Shown here: positions 54,918 to 64,000 of the stretch, one piece after another
Layout of the letters: each line of letters opens with the position of its first letter
Position numbering within the stretch: the first letter of the stretch is position 1
Assembly (NCBI RefSeq): GCF_009914755.1
Contig: NC_060929.1
DNA from: the human T2T-CHM13v2.0 reference genome, Homo sapiens
DNA: 64,000 nucleotides
Reading direction: 5' to 3' (one strand)
The notes under the pieces: model-generated
Databases searched by the model: none
Told to the model about the DNA's origin: nothing
Seen by the model: the letters and a program-made list of their open reading frames with translations, nothing else
Position numbers and translations under genes: made by a program

Positions 54918-57900
54918 TAGGCTGCTGGTGAGGAGATGGGCCTGGCCGGCACGACCCCAAGACTTCGTGTGGGGCTCCAGGGAGGGCCCTGTGTTCCAGA
55001 CTGGCAGTCCTGGAACGTTCTGGCCTGAGGGTGGGGCCGGGGGAAGGGTGTTTCTCCCGGTACAGCCCCTCCTCGGAGGACGCGGGGCTGGGCCCTCCTG
55101 GGCATCACCTCTCGTCCCAGCCCCACAGGCGGACACCTGCCAGTGCAGGGAGCAGAGGAGGTAGCTGGGTTGGGGGCAGGTGACCCTAGAGGAGCAGAGT
55201 GGGTAGCCGGAGCCTGTGGACTCGGGCCTGGCTCTTGAGCCAGGTGCCCTCAGGCCTGGAGGCCGGGAGCCGCTGTGCCCACCCAACACACAAGCCTGAC
55301 TGCTCCTCGTTCCTCTGGCTCCTGCGGCCCAGGTAGGCATGGCCGCTGCTGGCACAGAGGTGACATTTGTGTTCCTGCCCAGTGGTCCTGAGCATCTGAG
55401 AAGTGGCTCCCAGGCCTGGCAGGGGGCTGTACCTAGGACCCCCACACTTGAACTCAGCCTTGGGCTTGGCGAACCCCAAAGCTGCTGCCCTCATAAACCT
55501 GCTGCTTTCTCAGCGGAAGGTCCAGGAGGGCCGGGCACCCTTGGGAAACAGGCTTCCTGCTGCCCTGGGGCAGTTCACGGGGGGGCCGTGAAGGTCTCAG
55601 CCTCCGTTTAGAGGAGTCTGCCCTCAGGGGGCCCTGTTCCTTCTCACCATGGAGAGCTGCTGTCTCTCACGCGGGCTTTGTGATGTGAAGGTTTTTAAAG
55701 AAAAACAGAAATGGGCTTTTCCTGAATCAGTTTCGCCTCCAGCATTGTCAAGGAGTTGATCACTGCCTTGCGGGGGTGGGCGCTTCATGAGCCTCTGGTC
55801 CAGCCTGCACTTTCCACTGGAGGCAGGTCGGGGGACCTTGGCCACTCCGATACTATAGTCCCTGACAGTCCCCAAGTCTCAGCTCACCAAAGCCTCAGGG
55901 GACTTCCTGGCCACTGTCCTCGCCCCCTCCCCCAGGGCCCTATCCTGTGGGGAGGATCCCTGCGCTCACCCACACCCTGAGTTTGTTTAGCTTGGAGGAG
56001 AAACTGAGTCACAGGCTCACATCCCCACTGGGGATGGAGGGGCAGACACATGCCTCCTGGGAAGAGGAGGGGTTGGGACTGCCTGAGCCTGCCTGGGAAG
56101 TTATTTGTCTTTGCACAGAAGGGCAAGTTCTAAGATGCGGGCTTGGGCAGGAATCTGATGGGGCTCCCAGCACCTCAGATAGTCCCCGCTCTGACACCCA
56201 GAGACCAGCCGCTGTGCACGGTGGAGCCTGGGAGCGAGCAGCTTTCAAGCAGCGGGTGCTGGCGCTGCACCCTGGGCCATGCTGGGGTGGACAGGTGCGG
56301 GCAGCGGGCAGCGGGCAGCGGGTTCCGGGCAGGCAGGCCCAGGTGAGGAGGGCCGAGCAGGGCTCTGGGATGTGCTGGGTCTCAGATGGTCCCACTCCTG
56401 GGGTGGACACCAGCAGGCCCTTCTCCCCAGACCCCAGACAAGCTTCCCCTGACCTGGCCCTTCGGCTGGGCCACCAGGTCACCTGCTAGACTCTGAGGGC
56501 CACTGTCACCTGGGCCCCCATCAGCTGCGGCATCGCAGATGGCTCCACAGGGTTCTGGCAGTCGCCCCGGCCTGGAGGAACCCTGTGCCTTTTGGTCATG
56601 CTGTGGGGGCTGACCAGGACCCCACATACCAGACCACCAGCCTGAAAGAGCTGAAGCCCACACTGCAGCCAGAGGGACTCGGGCCAGAAGGGCAGGGCCC
56701 CGAGAATGGGAGACGGCTCTGCAGGCCACCGGGTTTCCCAGCAGGGCACCCGTCTCCTGGTGAATCCAATCTGGGCCGCAGCTCTGCCACAAGGGAGCTT
56801 TCAGGGAGGCAGCTGAAAGGACCCGGCGACACAGGGTCCCCTCCTATGGCTCCTGGGGGCCTCATGGGCACCAAAACAGTGGGGCAGGCTGCGTCCCTGG
56901 GAGGCCACACCCACAGACAGCGCACTCTCTCTCTGTGCATCTTAGTGAGGGCCCCAGCATGCATGCCTTGTCAGTGACACCAGATTTCCTAATTGATGCG
57001 GGTCATCGAGACCAAATCGAGGGGAAGCAGGCAGCCAGGTCCTCCTGGTTCCCTCTTGGAAGCCTCCTGAGTGTCTGGGATTGTCCTTCGAGGTTAAAAA
57101 CCATTTACGCGTGCCTCCGAGTCTCCTGTGTCTTAACAGATTTTGCCCTCCTTGGAGAGCCTGTGCCAGGTGGGCAGGCTCAAGGGACACTTTCCTGAGG
57201 AAGGGCATTTCCAAACTCAGCCGCCCCACTCACCTGAGCCGTCTCAAGGGCGTGCTGCACCTGGGCATTCTCACCTGGGAAATGGGTGTGATGGCGGAGC
57301 CCCCCGAGGGTGGTGCTGGGGGCAGTGGGCAGGTGTGCAGGAACAGCAACCGAAAGCCGTGAGGCGTGGTCAGCCAGGGCTCACCCCACTCACCCCCACC
57401 TGGGAGCACCACATCCCCACGGCAGGGCCCCGCAGTGCCGGTGGCGCAGGCGGAGACGCATTCATGCCCACCTGTGTCCGTCCAGAAACCTCAGTTGCCC
57501 CGTGTGTCCCCGTCAGTGGCTGCTGATAGAGCCCACCCCACAGCTGGCCCCTCAGGGGCTGCCCCCCCAGCTCCTCTGCACAGGGCAGTGATGGTGTCCG
57601 TGAGCGAGGTGGCGTGCGGGAGCCGGAGGAGCCACCCCTTCCAGGACCATGTGGCGCCAGCACAGCTGTTTCCAGCTGTCTCTTCTTTGCTGCTCAACGC
57701 CTGGCCCCGGGGTCAGCTTTCCCCTTAGTCCATCTGCAGCTAATTCTTAGCAAAAATCCATGCAGCATTTACTTGGTGCCACAAACACCACCTGCTGGAG
57801 AGAGAAAAAAGGGGAAGCTTAGTCCCTGCGTGAGAACTGCAGCTCCCTCCTCCCCCTCTCTCCTGGTTTCCTACTTTTTCAAGGACAGACAGGAGGAACT

Positions 57901-59109
57901 GTTTCTGTGCCCAGTGTCTCTTTCCCTCTGGGTGCTTTCCATTTGGCCACGTCCCCACCCCATTCTCTCGGTTACCTGCTTCCACCTGAGTGAGCCAACA
58001 TCTGCAGCGCCGCAGAGAGGCCTGGTTTCCAGGGACCTTTGCAACCACGTCCAGGCGCCCTGCAGGGCCCCACCAGGCAGAGCCACGCAGTGTTCCCTGG
58101 GCGCTGGCCGCCCCTTTCCTTCTCTCCTTCCTCTGCACCTCACCCCACACTAGGAAGAAGTCGCTGCGTTTAAAAGACAAATATTCATATTCTGGTGGCT
58201 TTAATTGTCAAGAATGCTTGGCTTTCCTTGAGTTTCTTGGGGCAGGACAGCCTCCTTCATTGGGAGCAACGGAGGGCCTGGCTGCCTCCGGGCTGCATTT
58301 GGGGTGGAGTGGGTGTGTGCCCCCCACCCCCAGTCCTCTCTGTTCACTGCTCCATGCTGAGCCTGAGCCCCAGGGGTTGGGGATTTGAGGGTCTCCTGCC
58401 CGGAGGAACCTTCAGAAAGGAGAGCCACCAGGAGCAAGGGCAACAACTGAGACTCTCAAAAGAGGGGACACCCTGGTGGGGTTTTCAAGGATGAGTAGGA
58501 GTTTTCTCAATGGAGATGAAGCGATAGGAAGACCCGAGCATTTAGGGTTAGGGCATAGTGGAGGGAAGGGAGAGGGTGGAGGACACTGGGGATCATGCAC
58601 TTGCTTTTTCTTGGTAGTTTTGTCTGGAAGAGTTTCAAATCAAGCTCTTGGGAAAAAAAAATTGGAGGAGTGAATCTTTTCTTATTTTAACCTAATGAGC
58701 AGGCCCTGCTGGGGTCTTGGGTGTCCCTGCAGGTGAGCCTGCAGCCCCCACACCCTCCCATAGGGACCCGCTGGTGAGCATCTCCTGCACCTGGCTACCA
58801 TTCCCTTCTGCCTTTCATCTCTCGATGAATCCAGCATCCCGCCAGCCCACCCTACACACCTGGCTCTGCTGCTGCCACCTGCAGCTCCTGCTTCTGAAGG
58901 AACCTGTCCCTGGAACCCCAGCTCAGAGAGAGGGGCCTGTGTGGGGATAGAGGTGCTGGGCTCCAGAGGGCCCTGCTCCACTCAACAGGCAGGCACCAAG
59001 TGGACACAGAGGGAGGGGAGAGAAAAGGCTCCGTGTTAAACTGGGAGAGGGAGCAGTGAGAGAGGCTGGCAGGGGCCAAGTGAGGAAGTCACAGCCTCCA
59101 GTACCTGGC

Positions 59110-59345
59110 TTCTCCCTCCCTCCCTCCTTCTCTCTCTCTCTCTCCATCGCCCTGTCTGTTTCTCTCCTCTGTCTCTCTCTGTTTCTGTCTGTGTGTGTGT
59201 CTCTCTGTCTCTTTTTCTGTGTGTCTCCATCTCCCCCTCTGTGACTCTGTCTCTGTGTGTGTGTGTCTCTCTCTCTCCCTGCCTCCCTCTCTGTCTCTGT
59301 CTCTCTGTGTCACTGTCTCTGTGTGTGTCTCTGTCTCTCACACAT
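59110..59345. repeat. TC/TG-rich low-complexity tract in SLC6A19 intron 1
   Basis: Mixed (TC)n/(TG)n. Confidence 0.9.
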
Positions 59346-60914
59346 GTGCTGTGCCATCCCCTGAGGATGGTAGTTTGGGATCTGACATGGCCCTGCTGGC
59401 TAAGGAGACAGTGGCTGGGTCGGGAAGGGAGGCGATGGGGATGGAATGGAGGGAGCTCAGGGTGTAAGAGATTTGGTGGGAGAAGGACAAATGGAACACG
59501 TGTGTGGGGAAGGAGGGTGAGGGTGCCCAGCCTGGGGGGCGGGAGGATGATGGGGGCTTGGCTCTGCTGGTGGGGAGGGTGCAGGCAGGCGGGTCACGCG
59601 TCCCTCCTGAGAGGCCCCAGGGACACGCAGCGTGAGGAGGGGCTGTCGCTGGGACCCCAGTGTCATGTGAGCATCCCCACAGCCCTCCCTCTCAGGGTCA
59701 GTCACCACGGGACACAAAGGTGGCCCCCAGGAGACAGGACCCATGTCGGGATCAGGCTCACTGGGGTTTGGGACCTGCACACCCCCAGGCCCTTCAGCCA
59801 CAGCTGTGTTTGGAATTCTTGCGCCGTTGCAGCTGCTGACCTCGGTCCCAAAGGCTGTCGGCTTCGCTGTGCTCACCCCGGCTGCAGCGTGGCCCTTCCG
59901 TCCAGCCTGGGGCAGGCGCGACGGGAGCTGCTTCCGCGTCCCCATAGCAGGGTGCTCGGGTTCAGGTAGGAGACGCACTGCGCGGTGCCAGGCCAGCCTC
60001 GGAAGCCGGGCGCCACGGCCTGCACTCACCTCTGCTGTTCCCTGACCCTCGTCCTTCTCCACCTTCGAGTGAAGGACCCACCGGTGTCCACGCTGCCCTG
60101 GCCGGATGGGAGCCCTGCCAAGGCTGTGTCCCTCCTCGCCCTCTGCCGAGCACCTTGGGCACCGTCATGATGCCCAGGAGTGGCTGCACCTCATCCTGTG
60201 TGTAGCCTGGGGGCCTTGTGGCTGAGCTGGGAGGCCGTACGTCCACCCGCAGAGGGAGCGGTCAGGGCAGCCCGCTTGGCCGGGCGAGTGGAGTTCATGG
60301 GCGCGGCCAGGCCCCTTCTCTGGGTGCTGGCTGCCGCTGAGCTCTGAGAGGAAGCTGACCTATGCTTTTCAGCTTTGGTTTTTTAAAAGAGACAGAATTT
60401 AAAGATGTGAGGAAATGTGAGTGTGAAATCCTTCTAAGCATCTGCGATTTTTCCTGAATCTCTTCTCCCGGTCCCAGGCTGATTCTGAGCCTCTGCGCCT
60501 GATGATGGCAGGAGCCACTCGGCTTCCTCTCAGGATCAGCACATCCCTATCTTTTATCTATTTCAAACCAACTTTCAAACAAACAACTCTCCAGTCAGTT
60601 GAAACACTAAACGTGGCCCTCGGTTTAGACCATGAGTGAGTCACCTGTCTCCTGGCTGTCAGCGCCTGGACAGTCCCACTTTCCTGCTACAGTTCTAGCC
60701 CAGACTGAATGACCACAATTTCACAAAGATTAAATAGCATCATATTTCAAAGGTGATCTTACACTGTTCCACATTAGAGAATTAGCCCCAGAATGATAGC
60801 TGAAGGAGTCCTTTTAGAGCAAAGAGGTAGCAGTGCAGAGGTGGGTAGATCCCCCATAAGACAAGACCGTTGTCACAGCAGAAGCAGAAATGTCTCAACG
60901 TGGTTCTCCTTTTT

Positions 60915-61095
60915 GCAATTTTTTATTATTATTGAATACATATATGTAAAATTTGCCATTTTAATCATTTTTACATGTACAATTCAGTGGTATTAAAGAC
61001 ATCCACAATGCCATGTAACCAGCACCTGGGCTCAGGTCCATCTTTAGAACTCTGTCTTAAGAACCAAAACGGTCCCCATTAAACCCTAATTCCCC
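60915..61095 (-). mobile_element. Old L1 3'-end fragment (L1MB-like)
   Basis: TAAAATTTGCCATTTTAATCATTTTTACATGTACAATTCAGTGGTATT matches a typical antisense L1M 3' terminus. Confidence 0.7.
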
Positions 61096-61458
61096 ACTGA
61101 GGCCACACACGATTGCCAGGAAACAGCCTCTCCCCACAGGCATGCCAAATCCACAGAACGTTCATTAAGCCAAGGAGGGACGCGGCAGGTGCAGCTGGCA
61201 CAGGCGGGGCAGGGGTGGCACGCTGCTGTTGGAAGCCCCTGGCTGGACAGGCAAAAGCAGCTCCTCCGTGGGACTCCTGGACTGCCAGGGGGTGGGTGGG
61301 GAGGTCGATTCCCAGGCAGCGGCTGTGGTTGCATGTTGGTCAGAGCGCGTGAGGCATGGACCACACCTCCCTTAACGACAGCAACGTCCAGAGGTCCCAT
61401 AGGCGACCTCAGCCTGTGTGATGGTCAGGAATGTCCAGCTGCCCAGCAGTGCTTCTAG

Positions 61459-62193
<735 letters not shown>

Positions 62194-62464
62194 TAAGCTC
62201 TGGGGCCCAGGAGCAGACCCAGTGCAGCCTCACCAAGAGGACACGGCTCATTAAGCCCTCAGAATATGGGCAGACGGTGAAAGACGGAGGAGGAAAGGGC
62301 AGGGTCCACTCCAGAGAGGAGTCTGAGTCCAGGAAGCACCTGCCCTTCGGAAGCCTGCAGGCCTGGAGCAGAGCCTACACCCTCATCCCAGCCTCTCCCT
62401 GAGTCTCCAAGGCCTCCCTCCAGGCCCAGGGCAGAGCCCACACCCTCTCGCTGAGTATCCAAGA

Positions 62465-62705
62465 CCTCCCTCCTCCCTCTCTCTTCCTCTCTCTGTCTCT
62501 CCCTCTCTCTTCCTCTCTCTCTGTCTCTGTCATTCTCTCTTTCCCCTCCTATTCTCTCCCTTCCCCCCTCTCTCTCATCCTCCTCCTCTCTCTCTCTCCC
62601 TCTCAGTCTCTGTCTTTTTTTCTTTCCCCCTCCTATTCTCTCTGTCTCTTCCCTCTTCTCTCTCTTCCCCTATCTCCGTCTCTCCCCCTGTCTCTCTTCC
62701 CCATC
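62465..62705. repeat. TC-rich low-complexity tract
   Basis: Pyrimidine tract in intron 2. Confidence 0.85.
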
Positions 62706-63068
62706 TCACACTCACATATTCACAACACACATTTGGTTTTGAGTTTGAAACTTCAGTAAAGCATGTACTACATAGCACACTTTCCATCCTGCCTAGCTGT
62801 CCCCAAATAATTGAGAACATTCCCCTCTGCAGTTTCTGTTGTCTCCCCTCTCATGAGTCCTCCACAGGGAAGGCTTTCCTGAAGCCCACCCACCTGTCCT
62901 GGGCCACGGGGGCTTCCCGGTTTGGGTCAGGGCCAAGTGGGCAGTCCCCCAGCCCGTAGGCAGCAACCAGGCTACTGGTACATCAAAAGTTCTCTGCGAA
63001 GGCGGTGGCCTGGATGCACCTGCTGGAGGCTGCACTGGGCAGGTGAGACCCATGCCTGGGGCAAGCCA

Positions 63069-63160
63069 GGCAGGCATGTGCCAGGAAGGTGTGAGCCGGG
63101 AAGGCGTGTGCAGGGCAGGCGTGTGCCAGGAAGGTGTGAGCCTGGAAGGCGTGTACAGGC
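63069..63160. repeat. 45-bp tandem duplication
   Basis: GGCAGGC(A/G)TGTGCCAGGAAGGTGTGAGCC(G/T)GGAAGGCGTGT(G/A)CAG occurs twice. Confidence 0.85.
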
Positions 63161-63337
63161 TGCACCACGGCATCAGCTGCATGATCCCGGCCTGCACTGG
63201 GTCGGCCCCTCAGATTCTGGAGTAGCCCATCCCAGCCACACCCTGTGCCAGCCCTGGGACCTCCTGCTCAGAGTGGGGATGGGTGGCCAGTGGAGGGTGT
63301 GCCTCGGCCCCAAGCCTCAGCAGCAGCCTCCCTGCAG

Positions 63338-63475
63338 GCCTGGCCTCCATGCTCACGTCCTTCATGGTGGGACTGTATTACAACACCATCATCTCCTGGA
63401 TCATGTGGTACTTATTCAACTCCTTCCAGGAGCCTCTGCCCTGGAGCGACTGCCCGCTCAACGAGAACCAGACAG
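63338..63475 (+). CDS. SLC6A19: SLC6A19 coding exon 3 (gene continues beyond the window)
   Basis: Acceptor CTGCAG|GC; encodes (G)[45 protein letters not shown]; donor G|GTGAGT; 138 nt. Confidence 0.98.
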
Positions 63476-64000
63476 GTGAGTCCTTGCAAGCAGCCCCATC
63501 CGTCTCACCTGTGAGGCTGTTGTGTCTCTCATAGCAGGCACATGGCCTCAGGAAACTCAGGTCAGGCGTGGCAGAAACCAGAGCCCCAAGGCAACAGGGT
63601 GTCAAAAAATGACAGCACGAAAGAAAAGACCTTAAAAGTGGTGGCTCTTGTGTGGGGGGCGTGGTGGAGGATGAGACCCTTGGGAGGAAAGCGTGGGAGC
63701 CCGGGGGGGCTGTGCCTGCTCTGAGGGCCCCCGGTCACCAGCCTGGAGCCCCAGGCTGCTGGGAGGCTGCTCCCTATTCTCTAGGAAGGGACATGGTGTC
63801 AGGACTGCCGCCTCCCGCCCCATGCATCCCTGCGTTGCTCCGCACAGGTGGGTCTGTCCTGCCCATGTGGGGCCCGCATTGCCCTCCCACCCCGGCCCTT
63901 CCAGAACCCTCTTGCCCAGGGAGGGAGCGTAGGGGGCAGACCCTCTACGTGTGACATGCAATCAGCTCACGGCGATTCACACGTGGTCCTGGGGCCTGAA

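Overview
Human (or very close primate) GC-rich subtelomeric DNA, recognisable as 5p15.33 between SLC12A7 and SLC6A19, distal to TERT. On the + strand, the right end holds the TATA/HNF4/HNF1-type promoter and coding exons 1-3 of SLC6A19 (B0AT1): 54540-54741, 61637-61777, 63338-63475. On the - strand, a CpG island at ~7-8.3 kb holds a 193-nt coding exon (7597-7405, MSQRFVVTP...REPGRY). It looks like a distal alternative first exon of SLC12A7/KCC4 that carries an RFxV SPAK/OSR1 docking motif. The ~47 kb between them is non-coding: Alus, L1/LTR relics, a solo LTR12 nested in an Alu, and many VNTRs and low-complexity tracts. Main observations: (1) the RFxV-bearing KCC4 first exon; (2) a 90-bp, 90%-identical inverted copy of SLC6A19 exon 1 that brackets the SLC6A19 promoter; (3) an interstitial telomeric sequence embedded in a 65-bp minisatellite; (4) VNTRs that are arrays of E-box or CRE-like motifs. 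Nearly all ORFs in the supplied track are artefacts of GC content or repeats. Repeat family names are from recall of consensus sequences and their boundaries are approximate.
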